A stretch of 64,000 nucleotides of DNA, taken from assembly GCA_028534125.1 (NCBI GenBank), contig CM052817.1, positions 12,092,001 through 12,156,000 of the forward strand, in the 5' to 3' direction. Positions within the stretch are counted from its first letter, which is position 1. Every line of letters starts with the position of its first letter. The notes below the pieces were generated by a model. The model did not search any database. It was not told where the DNA came from and worked only from the letters and a program-made list of their open reading frames with translations. Below, piece by piece: positions 24,561 through 37,320 of this stretch. Both the position numbers and the translations under genes were made by a program. Source of the stretch: Lama glama (Eukaryota).

Positions 24561-25344
24561 GGCTGGCCCCTTTTCCTGAATGTTCACTATTTTTCTTTCA
24601 AAAGAAATGCGAAGACAGGAACTTCAACCCCAGACCTCTCCTCTCCTGTCTCCTCCAGCTCAACTCTTTCTTTTCTTCTCTCAGGTCCCCCTGCTCACCA
24701 GCTTCCAAGCTCTCCGGTGGTCTCCCTGCTGGACGTTATCAAACCACACAGCTGGGCCTCCCTCTCTCACCCTCCCAAGCCTGGTTAGCCCCCTGACTGC
24801 CTTAGGGAAGCCCCCCAGGGCAAGGGGAGATGGTTTGTTTTCCTCTTTCTCCCCAGGAGGCATCAGATGAATGCCTCTAGGCTGAACAGGGGCCTGCAGG
24901 AATTTGCTTTTAAAGAAAAGACAGAAGAAAGAAAAGAGGGAGGAAAGTTCCCTTTAGGCAGCATGTCTCCTTTGGGTGAACTCGAAGTTCCCTGGGCAGA
25001 GCCACTGGGCTGAGTCCAAGGCATTGTTTTTAATACATGGATATCAAGTCCATTAGGAAACTTGTCTGGGATTTTGGATGGTCTCATTCACAGAAAGGGC
25101 ATACTTGTTACCTAGTGGTTGCTAAAATCTCACATATGAAATGTTTTTGTTTGATTATAATCGGAAAGGATTAGTTTTTTTTAGCGTGCACAGGGGTCCT
25201 TACTCAGTTGGAGTTCGCTTCAGGCAAAACAGAAACATGGGAAAAGAGAACAGCCCTGGGCTGCCAGTTATATCAGGTCTCTAACAAGAATTGTTTTCCT
25301 TTCATTTTCTTGTAAATTTTTTGTTAAAGGAAAGAGAGAGTGGG

Positions 25345-25385
25345 GAGAGAGAGAGAGAGAGAGAGAGATTGATTGATTGATTTAA
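25345..25385. repeat. (GA)n followed by (GATT)n
   Basis: Directly visible. Confidence 0.9.
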
Positions 25386-26979
25386 TTAATTGCTTAAATT
25401 TTTTTGTTAAGTGATAAAGACATTAATCTTTGCTGAAGCAATGGATTTTAGCAGTCTTCCAGGGACGGAAAGAACACTTGAGCTTCAACTTCCAGTCTTG
25501 CCATTTTCTCTGAGGACCTAGTGAAAACAATTTTACTCCCAGTTTACAAATTGGGATTTCTTTAAAAAGGCAGTATATGGTCAGGTTGTTGGAACTAGCT
25601 TTAATCAAAGAGTTCAAAGTCCCTTATTCCAAGGGCTGGATTTGTTGTTTTTACATTAATTGTGTGTATTTGTCATTTCTGGGTCAAAGTAAATTTTTGT
25701 TTAAACCAAATACTTTCATGTAAGACAAGGACAGTCGGACATCAAAATCGTCCCCCAGGAACAGCTTCAAACTACTTCTTTTGATAACATTCTGCATGAC
25801 ATGTTCAGTGCACCCATCACATCAAAGCTGATTCTGTCTTAAAAAAAATAAAAAGACAAGGAAGGAGCTCTTTAATTTTGTTTTTCTTAGAAAATGCATG
25901 TTTCAGTTTTCTCTCCATGTGTATTTTTAAAGCCATTGATGTACTTTCAAAAGAGGATTTTCAATAACCTTGAGTAGAGATGTAGAATGCACAATTCTTA
26001 TTTTGAACACACAGAACCTGACAGATTTAGGAAAAGTTGTTAGAGGAGGTCACTTTGGGGGCAGTTCTATAAAATGTTTAACGCTGACCGCAGTGGCCAT
26101 GAACAGAATGAAAGCCTTCAAATTACCTTCTCTTCTTGGATGGTGATAAGTTGACACAATGCTTAAAGTATACTGTCTTTTCTGTTATCACTGCCAAACT
26201 CTGGGATTCTGGCTTTCTGATGCACCCAAGCCTTCACAGGAAGTCTCCTACTGCATAAGAGATGGATTGCTGAGATCAGGAGCAAATGGCATTTCTTGGA
26301 AGTACCCATAAAGAACTGATTAAAATGTTATCATTAGTGGAAACACGTTATGGAAGAAAAGTACATAGGTTGAATGTAGGTTTATGGCCCTTCATACTTT
26401 GTCTAAAGTGCTTTTTATAAAGATGGCTTGGAAATGGAATTTTAAGGCCTGCTGAAATATTTGTACTTTGATGGAACTCGTGATAATAGCTATGGTAAAT
26501 TAAATAATACACTTCTAAGATTTCATGTACTCACTTATTTCATGACCGTTCTTAAGTGTCCAGTAAATGACAGATGAATAGTGGGGATGCTCAGAAAAAT
26601 GTAACAGTTACTTTCCTTATGGTTCAAAAAATCTGCTGGGACAGATAGATAGGAAATCCTCAACTGTTCTGTCGGAGACACATGCCCAAAGGATGAACAT
26701 CTAAGGAAGAGAAGAGTGATCAGTAAGGGCTTCAAGGAAGGGGGCACCGTTGAGTTTACTTTTGCCTGTGAAGTATCTTTGGGGAGAACAACCTACTGAA
26801 AACTCAAGAAAGTTGGTTAATCACAGCAGGTTTGCTAAAAAGCTCAGTTCTTTCTCCCTTTTAGCTAAAACTGCCCTGACCTTGGCATGGAATCTTGAAA
26901 GGAGCCCTGAGTTTTTGTGGTGTGCACTGTTTGGACTGGGATGAGCACAGGATCTGTGGGCTCTCTAATTGTTGAAAAG

Positions 26980-28490
26980 TTTCTCAGTTTGATCCTGGGC
27001 TCCCTTCTCTTCTCCCTCTCTGTTCTCTATCTCTTATACATCAGTGCTTTTAGTCATTGGCTGTATTCAATGACAAACTGTATCACCAGCTCAAACTTTT
27101 CCTCTGAGTTCCAGAGTGATATAGCCTACCATATTGTCCACATTTCTTCTCTAGAAAGTCTTAGAAGAATCTCTGGAATCAAGCATAACTCATTTTGATG
27201 AGTATCACTATCATTCAATTAGGCTTAACCAGAAATTCCATATTTTTGCTTAACCCACTCATTTCTAAGCTCCCTTCACATCCAATCCATCACTAAATTC
27301 TGTTGATTTTACTTTTCAAACTTCTCTGGAATTTGGCAACATTCCTCTATATCTATCACCAGAAACGATTCCAAATTATAATAAACCCTTGCTGGTTCAA
27401 TTACAGAATTATTTTTGTCCGCTGTATCAGCCAGGTGGTCAGGATTCTCCAGAGAATTGTATATTTCTATCTATATCTGTATTTTTAAGGAATTGACTCA
27501 CACAATTGTGGGGGCTGGCGTGTCTGAAATCTATAGGCAAGGCCAGTTGGCAGCAGGCTGGAAACTCAAGTGGAGTTGGTGTTGCAGTCTTGAGTTGAAA
27601 TTTGTAGGACAGGCCATCGTGCTAGAAACTCAGGTAGTATTTCTGTGTTACAGTCTTGAGACAGAATTCCTTTTCCTCTTGAAAACCTTAGTTTTGCCTC
27701 TTAAGGTTTCAGTTGATTAGATGAGACTCTACATGGTGGAGGGTAATTTCCTTTATTTAAAGTCACCTGATTGTGGATGTTAATCACACTACAAAATCGT
27801 ACTTCACAGCGGCATCTACCCTAATGTTTGACCAAATAACTGGATACCACATCCTAGCCAAGTTGACACATCATGTTTAATCATTACACCTTCAATCCCT
27901 TTGAATCCCTTCTCAGCACTGTAGCTAGAATTATGTTTTAAAAATATAAACTGGATGGTATATTGTTGACTCACATCTTAAAAACTTTAAATGTATTCTC
28001 CTCATGCTACCTGTCCTACAGAGTACAGTGAAGCAAATTCTAACTGGACTGTAACTTCATTTCTCACATGATTATACTTTGTGGATCATCTGCAGTGGCT
28101 TTCTTACATTTCTTTAGCTGAACCCCTTTCTCCTGCTACCGGGATTTTGCAAACATTTTTCCTTCCACGTGAAATGTTCTTCCTTCCTCTTCTTATTAGT
28201 TTCCTCCTATGCATCCATATTTCAGCTCAATTGTCCCACGTTCAATGAAATTGACTTTTCAATGACTTCCTTGACAAGGTCAAGTGTGTTAGAAGCTATT
28301 AGAGTGCTATGAACTTCTCCATTATATATTCTAATCTCTATTCATGTTTGTGTGATTACTTAATTAAAGTCTGACCCACATCTGAACAGTAAACTTTAGC
28401 AGTTCCTTAAGAACAGAAGCTATGCTTGTTTCTGTTCATGGTGGTATCTTCCGCATTTAGTTCATAATGGATACTCAGTAAATACTTGTC
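26980..28490 (+). mobile_element. L2 split by an MLT2 LTR
   Basis: ttcctctgagttccag, cacatccaatccatcactaaattctg, cagctcaattgtc; 3' end gatactcagtaaatacttgt. Confidence 0.7.
27424..27887 (-). mobile_element. MLT2-type ERVL solo LTR
   Basis: ggattctccagaga…taaggaattgactcacacaattgtgggggctggc…cctagccaagttgacacat…aatcattaca. Confidence 0.9.
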
Positions 28491-29864
28491 TAAAGAAAAA
28501 AATTATGAATTAATAATTCATTGGGTACTCTTTCCCAATAAACATTGAGTTCTTTGTGAGCAGAGACCCTCTCTTGTTATGCAATTTTATCACCAGCACC
28601 CTGCATATTACTAGGAATGTAGAGGTTTTTCCCTGGAAAAATTTAGTTTAGAAATATGGAGACAATAATCATTAAATGGCTGGCCCTGAGACTGAGCGTT
28701 CCGTAAACAGAGTTGCAGTTGTTGGTCATGTATTGTCTCTAACAAGGCAATAAAGTAAGCACAGACAGCTACTGGGGAGAGGAATGAACCAACTAGCTAA
28801 CACAAGAGACACCGTGTGGCCCTAAAGAGGTGAGGAGAGTGGCCTCAGTTGTTAAATTTCTGTGCTTTTATATATTTTTAATTTTTTTTTCCCTTCTTAA
28901 AGTCTGGACATACCTTTACTTCAGTCTTTGGAGTCTAAGAAATTTCTGTTTCCCTATAGGAAATCTCAACACCACTGTTCCCTTTTAATATTTAGGTTAT
29001 TGATAGAAGCTTTTACTCCTTGTAGCTAAAAGAACTCTAAATTAAACAACATGCTTCTATGGAACACTCTGACAGAATCATTACCCTGCCTTTTCTTCAC
29101 TATTTCCTCCTGCCCTTTTTCTCCCTTCTCTGTCCCGTCAGTATCTTAAGTGCTTATAAAGAATACCAGTGGAGGGCAAATTTTGCTGGCCTGGCATAAG
29201 AGTGAGTGACGGGAATTTGGCTAGGTTTAAGTGAAAGTGCAGTCTGCTTAAAAATCCAGAAAGCAAGCGAAACAGCAATGACACTTACTACTGTTTGTCA
29301 TTTATTGGTTCCTTAGATTGCGCCAGGTACTCTGGTAGGTTTTTCTGAAATCTTCTCTGACAATGGCTGTCCCTCTACCCCTGGTTGTCTTACGTACCCC
29401 TCCTTAGTCTTTGTTTGCATCCTTATTATCATAATTACCATATTGTTTTACAATTTCTCTGATCAGTCTTTCTCATTATGTGGTGAACCGTTCTGAATTT
29501 GAAGATCCTAACAATAATTTTAAATCAAAGATGTTGAATCTGTGTCTTCTATACAAATAAATATGTAGGCACAAATATATTATCTTAAATAATTTCAACA
29601 TAGGTAACATGTATATAGTGCTTGTTAGTTGCCAGTTACTTTTCTAAGTTCTTTTAATATTTTAAATTAATTCATAGTTGTTTTTTTTTTTAATTGTAGT
29701 CTTGGGTTTTCTGGATTCCTAAAATGGTAGTCTTGCCACCAGTTCTGTCTCTGCAGGGCAGGTGGGTTTAAATTATGACTCTGTGGGTTATTTGTTTTGA
29801 TATTGGGTATACTAGAGTTCTTCAGAGAAACAGAACAACAGGATACATATATTGCTCTCTCTGC

Positions 29865-29935
29865 AAGAGAATCACTATGCTGTATACCAGGAATTAACAT
29901 AATATTGTAAATGACTATACTTCAATGAAAAATAA
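29865..29935 (+). mobile_element. Very short camelid-type L1 3' tip
   Basis: tatgctgtataccaggaattaacataatattgtaaatgactatacttcaatgaaaaa. Confidence 0.8.
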
Positions 29936-30589
29936 TATGTAAGACTCTGCTTTAATAACAGCAGTCTCTAACTTGCCTATATTTGGCAATAAATAGCCAG
30001 CACACAGTAGGTCTTCAGTAAATGTTACGTGCTTTTAATTAAAGACAGATGGGATTTATATAGAATAGAATGATCTTTAAAATGAATTATAAACCTCAAC
30101 CAAAACAAGCTAACATTTTCAAGTGTGAAAATAGGTATTATTTCTAAATTAATTTAATACAAGTCATAAATCAAAATTGTAGTATCTCGAATATTTTTAT
30201 CTTCGGGTTTGAAGCAAGCAACAGCTATGCAAAATGCTTCTAAATGTTAAGAACATGTTTGTGTAGGATGAGTAATTTACCACGTCTGACATTGAACGGT
30301 AGTTTAACTGACCTCTCCACCCTTCAAACATCTGGTATGCTTCCAATAAATAGGGCAGCATAAAAGGTAATATAGAAGGAAAACTTGCTCAGGGGTTTAG
30401 GGATATAAGTTTGTTGGGCTGTGGGATTATGGATGTATATGCTTTTAATCATGGAAGATTATGAACATACAATCAGAATTTTTTATTAAAAAATATAAAT
30501 AGCTTCTGAGCAACCACTGGAATTTGAAATCGAAGCAGGGAGCTTCGAGGGCAATGTAATTTTCTTAACAATTACAGCTTCCATTCGAT

Positions 30590-30800
30590 GAGAATTTTTA
30601 TTTTGCCAGGAATGGTGATAGGAAAATTGAGTTCATTACCTTTCATCCTTAAAACCATCTTAAGAGATAGGTACAGTTCTTGGTTTAATTACAAAGGAAC
30701 TGAAGTGCAAAAAGTTGGACACAGTAGCTGTAGGTTCCAAAACAGAAGCTAGCAGAACGAGATATGCCTTCAGGTCTCATGGATGCAAAGGCACATGCTC
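30590..30800 (-). mobile_element. MIR (degenerate)
   Basis: tgccagga…tcatccttaaaaccatc…gataggtac…aggaactgaag. Confidence 0.5.
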
Positions 30801-31379
30801 TTTTTGCTACCTACCTCTTAGAGTTGTTGTGAGACTAAGGTAATGATAATGTCAACACTTCACATATATTAACATATTTAGTCCTTACAGCAACCCTGTC
30901 AGGAAGTTGAGAAGTTATACGAACTGGCCAACAGCGAACAGCTGACTCGTGAGACCTGGCTCTGAGGCACAAACTACACTATCTTCTTTGTATAAGAGAA
31001 ATCATGGATAGCAACTCGCTCAAAGCATGGCACATATTAGGCACGAACCAAATGCAAGCTCCTTTCTTTCTACATACGGCTAATGCCTTCCATAGAGTGA
31101 ACGCAACACATTTGTTGAATAAATCGTGGAAATGATAATACATGCCGTTATGTATAGATATATTTAAAAAAAACCAACAGAACAAATACTAGCTAGGTGA
31201 AGGATAGCCCCTGTGTATACTTACTACATTGTTTTATATGACATTTCAGTCCTCCCATCTACAGGAGAGTTATGATGTTCTGTATTTAGGTTTATAGAAA
31301 TATCTGGCACGGTCATCCCTTTTGGGTTATGTCTGTTTCATAAACTCTTGGAGCCAGGGCATTTTCATCTAAATGCCAG

Positions 31380-31680
31380 GCAATTTGTGATTACTCTTTG
31401 TTTTATGACCTTTCAGTTAGTATGCAATCTATTTGACAGTGCTCATCCAACACCTCTAGCAATTTTGCCTAATATGAGAGCTAGTTTTTCTGAGACACTG
31501 ACTTGGGCCTGAATAAATCAAATATAACCCAATCCTTCTGCAATCCTTCTTTAATCAACTTATCTTCAAATGGTACGACAGAAAGAATCATGCTTGTTGG
31601 CATGATCTGTTTCTTTGGAAATCTATGCTAATTCCAGCTTATAGACTCTGCTGTTTCTTTACAAGACTATTTTTATGAAT
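31380..31680 (-). mobile_element. CR1/L3 LINE RT fragment
   Basis: Minus strand tagcatagatttccaaagaaacagatcatgcccaacaagcatgatt ~ QHGF.KNRSC.TNLI; later ttggatg…actgtcaaatagatt…caaagagtaatc ~ GLD..TVRWI…QRVVI. Confidence 0.7.
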
Positions 31681-32109
31681 AGGTAGTTCATCATTCCAGT
31701 GAAGGTAGAAATAAATATGCTTAAGGAGGTTAAAGAGGGTTTACACCACCATCATATGGCAGGTTCTTGAACTGTATCATCTGCCTTCATTTAATTTAGA
31801 TAAAATTGGTAGGGAGACTGAGGTATATTTATTTGGTTTTTGATCATCTTCTGCCTCCATCCCCCCTTCCCTGCTTTACACACACACACACACATACACA
31901 GAGTCACACAATTGAGCATTCAAGTGTGTACTCTTTGCCTCCCTTTAAATAGAATGTTTGTTTTCGAGGGCCAGAAGTAATGATTTTTTATAATTATTTT
32001 ATTACCTTCCATGCCTATCACAATAAGAGCCACAGAGTAGGTGATCAACAGTTCTAATTGATTCATGTTCTTAGTCAACTGAGAAGGGATATAAAGTTGT
32101 GGTTGCTGA

Positions 32110-32280
32110 ACCTTAGATCTAACCTTCTTTGATTCCTACTGGCTGTGTATTCTTGGGAAAGTTATTTAAACCTCAGCTTTTCATCTGTGCATTTAGACTA
32201 ATAACAGTCCTTACCACATGGTGTCAAGTGATACAAATAGCACTGTGGTTGGCACACTGTAAAGACTAAAGTATTACTGT
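32110..32280 (+). mobile_element. MIR
   Basis: ctactggctgtgtattcttgggaaagttatttaaacctcagcttttcatctgt. Confidence 0.7.
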
Positions 32281-32284
32281 TATC

Positions 32285-32560
32285 AGTTGTTTATTTAAAA
32301 ATATTTATTGAACACCTACTATAAGCTAGTTATGGCCTGAGCTAAGGGGTAGGAAAGTCAAGTTGTTTTTGACTTTGCGGAGACTGAGAAATGCCAAGAT
32401 ACGTAATAAGATATGGTAAGTATTACAATCCATTTTGTGAAAATATGGTACAGCAGAAGCCTAAGAGAAGCAGGGAGGAATTCAGAGAGAAAATCATATT
32501 TGGATTGATACCTAAAGACGAACCAGATCAAAGCAAGGGAATTTCAGGCATTGAAATACA
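32285..32560 (-). mobile_element. L2 3' fragment
   Basis: aaatatttattgaacacctactat… is the antisense L2 terminus. Confidence 0.65.
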
Positions 32561-32619
32561 TGATTAAATAGCTTTTCTATTTGACTAGTCCTTTCATGAA
32601 ATTTTCATGTTTGCAGCCA

Positions 32620-33112
32620 TATTAGTCAGAGTTCTTCAGAGAAGCAGAACTGATAGGATCTGTTTATCTATGTCTATATCATATGAATATAGATATAAAA
32701 GATTTGTTGTGAGGAATTGACTCACATGATTATGGTTGAGAATTTTCACAGTCTGCCCCCTGCAAGCTATAGGCCCAGGAAAGCTGATGGTATATTTCAG
32801 TTCAAATTAGAAGACTTGAGAATGAGAGGAGTTGATGGTATAAATCCTAGTCTGAGGGCCAGAGGCAATGAGATGAGATGACCCTACTCAACCAGTGAGG
32901 TAGAAGAAAACAGAGGCAAATTTCTTCCTCCTTCATTTTTTGTTCTATTCTGGCCCTCAGAGATTGGATAATGCTCACCATATTGGGGAAGGCAATCTAT
33001 GACGTAAATGCTGATCTCATCCAGAAACATCCTCACAGACACACCTGAAAATAAGGTCACATTTGGGTGCCCCTATGGCCAGTCAAGTTGACACGTAAAA
33101 TTAACCATCACA
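32620..33112 (-). mobile_element. MLT2-type ERVL solo LTR
   Basis: tattagtcagagttcttcagagaagcagaac…ccagaaacatcctcacagacacac…ccagtcaagttgacacgtaaaattaaccatcaca. Confidence 0.92.
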
Positions 33113-35300
33113 ACAGGTAATACACTTACTGTGTATTTTTGTATTATTTACTTTGAACAAGGGGAGGCCCTTCTTTTCAACATGTCCTTTGCAATACACC
33201 TCTCTAATTATCATCCCAACAATATACACTTAAAATATTTTCTGTTGGAGAAGTATGTATGTGTGTGTGTGCATTTAATTTAAAAATTTCTTCACAGTGA
33301 TAGTGGAAAAGTAACTTAACCTACTTTGAGTCCTAGTCACTCCCTGGGGTGTTTCCTTGTTCGCTTGACAAAGTTGGTTCGCCACCCCAATGTACACATC
33401 CCAGCCCCAGGGAAGGAAGAAAGAGGACAGAGAAAAGGACACTAACTAGGAGTTTAACACGCCACTCCCATCACAGCTCACCTGGCAGAATTTAGTCAAG
33501 GGGTTTTAACTAGTGCAAGAGTTTCTGGGATATATGTGGTCTTTAACCAGGAGGCTATGTGCTCAGCTGAAATCCAGATGTTTAATTATTAAGAAAGGAA
33601 GAATGGCTACTAGGGAATAATTTGCAATCTGTATCACATGCACACCATTGCAACAATTCTCTAAGGGTGATCTTGTCCACATTCAAAGGATAAGATGGTT
33701 GAAATTCAGAGAGGAAATTACTTGTCAAAAGTCACTTAAATGTGCAGATCAAAGAAGAAGGACGATTATAATCAGGGCAGCACTACTAGGTTTTCAGCTA
33801 CAAAAGAGAAGGAAAAATAGCTACTTGATATTGTTTTGCAACCCACCAGAAAACAGGCAGCTGCAGCGTTCATGTGCCATTGGCAAGGCTGTGTTTTGCC
33901 GGCAATCTTGTGGGAGCTGACATAACAGGAAGAAAATTAAATCATTGAAAGTAGTAGCTAGAGTTAAGCCCTTGGAGGGAGAGGGGGAGCAGGGAAAGCA
34001 TGATTTGTTTCCAATTACTTGACTACACAGGTCTCAGAGATTCTCCTGTATGTCCTAGGTAGTTGAAATCGCCATTCTTTTTAACCACCAGCTTTCGGTT
34101 GAATTTTTAGTTTGAGAAAACAACCTGAGAACACAAGTAATATAAATTCACAGGCAAAACAAATTCAACCCTGAAAATACGGGGATGACAAGATAATAAA
34201 AAATGTAGAAGCTAAAAGATTGGACAAGACCTATCAATTTGCCAAAATCTTGAGGTCAGATGTCCATGAGCCATGAAATTGTTTAAAAATTGCTCTGGAT
34301 AAATAAATATATGCTTGGAAGGATTGCTTACACAGTGATTTTTGAGCTTTCTAGCTAGGAAAATGATGAGAAAAGTGAGAGAAAAAATATTCCTTAGGGC
34401 CAGTGACAACATGAATACTAGGAAATATATCCATGCATAAAGGTGATACATTCAGCAGTAGATAATCACTGCCCCGTACTCCCCCGCATTCATGGGGAGA
34501 AATTTCTAAGCAGCCTGAGTTATTGGGCAATCTTCAGTATTTCTTGCAGGCATTAAAAGTTTTCAATCAGTTATCTAATTTTATTTGGAGTTCTTACCTT
34601 TTAAAATTCATTGACTATTTTTTTTGTTAGATTAGAAAAACTCAATTAGATTTCACTGTTTTTCACTCTTCCTTTACTCTACCAATCTCTCTTAAAGATA
34701 TGTTGCCTAGAGGATTGTTACTAGATAAGTAACTTTGGAGGGAAGTGGGGAGATTTTGGCAGAAAGCAACAAGTACTTCACACTGAGAACCTAGAATTTG
34801 AGAACAGATGTTCCTATACCTTGAGCATCAAAGTTAAAAAGAGAATCTCAGTTGAATTCTTTGGTGGAATTAATTGGTTCATAACAATGACCAAAAAAAT
34901 GATATGATCCAGCATCTCACGTTACAGTTGCCGCTTCTAAGATTCCTTCCTGTCCTCCAATGCCCCTACTCACCAAAGATTGATAAATTCAGAATCCTAG
35001 GCTAAGTAGCCTTTGGGAAATTTTCGCTCCTCATTAATCAGTCAATATCTGAGAAATATACACTCAGTGAGCCCTGTAATACATTAATTTTCTAGTGTGC
35101 AGAATTAAGCAAAACCAACTGTGATGGGAAAATGGAGTTAGACTGTATGTAGATTGATGTTAGGAGTTTATAAAATCCACATTTTTGTTTGGTGTATTTA
35201 TCCTGTCTTTGAGGATGACTGAAATTCCCACTATTTTATCAAGTCCTTTGAGTAATGCTATGTATTTGCCTGTTCAGGCTGACATGATGGAAAACCAGAC

Positions 35301-35737
35301 TGTCTTAGAAATATATTTTTCAGTATATTTATTGAAAAATAGAAATTTATTTTTCAGCATCCTGGAGGCTGGAAGTCCATTATCAAGTGTTGGCAAGATT
35401 GGTGTCTGGTGAGATCTCTCTCTCCTTGGATTGCACATGATCGCCTTCTTATCGTGTCTCATACGGCTTTTCCTCTTGTGTGCACAGGAAGTGGAGAGAG
35501 ACAGAGAGTGAGAGCAAGAGCGAGAGTGAGAGAGAGAAGGAGAGAGAGGAAAAGGAAGAGTTCTCTCATGTCTCTCCCCTCTTCTTGCAAGGACACTAGT
35601 CCTATCACTTCAGGTCCTACCCTTAGCATCTCACTAACCTTAACTAAAGGCTAAATGTTCTATCTTCAAGAACAGTCCCGCTGAGGAGTTAGGGCTTCAA
35701 CACATGAATTTTGAGGGGGCACAATTCAGTCCATAAG
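35301..35737 (-). mobile_element. MLT1A/B-like MaLR solo LTR
   Basis: agaaatttattt…ctggaggctggaagtcc…ttagggcttcaacacatgaattttgagggggcacaattcagtccataa. Confidence 0.9.
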
Positions 35738-37074
35738 AGACCTCCTCCAAGACACTAAGAAAAAACAAATCTGTATCCTGAGTGAAGAAGGATGCCAGAG
35801 ACTTTAAATGCTCCTTAACATGGACAGTTTTGGCATACTTATTAGCTATCATTTTTGAAATCACAAAGCAGGATTTTGGGAGTTTGGGGGGTGGGATAAA
35901 GCCTTTTTAATGGAGATGGTAAAGTGGCCTAGGAAAAGACAACACCCCATTTGCAGGTAGGAAAGGTCTTGTAGGGACACAGGTAGTTGAAAGTTGAAAT
36001 GAGGAGCAGGGATGCAGAAATGGGCTTTAGAAACCATATTTGTTCCACTTTTGGTCCTTTGTCATAACCCACCTGCCTTTCTACTACTTGGCTAACATGT
36101 ATAAGGTAAATTCCTCTATCAAGATTTACTGTCACTGTCTTAATCCCCCTTCTTGGGTCTCTTTGTCTAGTTGTTCCCAATATTCTCAATCTCTTACCTT
36201 TGATCATAATCATTATTCTCACTCCTTGGACAATTTGACCAAAGCTTGTATGAGATATATCAAAAATAATAATACGCTTATCTTTGTGTAAAAAGGATAC
36301 TATGGTTACAAAGCTTATCTATAAAACATTAGGCAACATATTCTGAAAACTTATATGTGCTTTACATTCCCCTTTCCACTGTATTTTTATAACACCCTAA
36401 AATTATGCTCCTTATTATCTCCATGCTCTTCTAGCATTGAACCTGGATGCCTTACATTTTGCCCCTATCACTGGTTAGTTTGTCATGTTCTTGTCTCAGA
36501 ATAAGAGGTTGTACCTGTCCTTTAGGTTATAACCTAGGGTATAAAATTGCAGAGGCACAGAATGGAAGACTGCTTCAAATCTGAGTCCCCACGACACAAG
36601 GGCATCACGGCAGGTGGCCAATTCAATGGTAAACATCCATCAGACCCACTTGTTTGGAGCCGAGTAACAAAGACAACTGCTTGATGAGGTGGATATTCCA
36701 CTTGGTATTAGGTTATTGCTGGTTGACACTGTAAGGAAGAATGTGCGTGAGTGTTTTTGCAGACCTGTCATCTCCTGTAAGGGTGCCTCTAACCTGTACA
36801 GTGTAATCTGCTCATCTGTCTTATTGTAGCAGCATATCAAGGGCTCTCTTTGTCCTGAACACCCAGAAATTTTACTGATAAGCATACCAGCTTGGAATTA
36901 AAGGGTATTTTAGACATATAATTGTGCTTTCCGATTCTCAGTCTCTTTTAAACATATTTCATTACTCACGTAATGTAGCTTGAATTAGATTATTTTTAAA
37001 TCAGTTCAATTAACTGTAATCTACAAATCATCTAAAGGCACTATCATATTGCATTATATTAATGTACAGTAGTT

Positions 37075-37320
37075 ATGTTGAGTGTGTGCCTAACACGTGC
37101 CTGGCACTGTGCTAAAATGAGAGGCTGTAATACCATCAAATATCTGACTGTTAACTATTTGCTACCTCCATTTAAAGATGCAGAAGCTGAGACAGATGTT
37201 TAACAGAGAGGTTAAGTATCTTTTCCAGTGTCACAGAGCATGAAAATGGCAGACAGAGCTGGGATTTGAAGCCATGACTGGCAAACTGCAATTCAAATAT
37301 GTTTTACCCTTTTTCTATGA
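37075..37320 (-). mobile_element. MIR
   Basis: gtgcctggcactgtgctaa…cagagaggttaagta…gtcacag…cagagctgggatttgaa. Confidence 0.75.
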
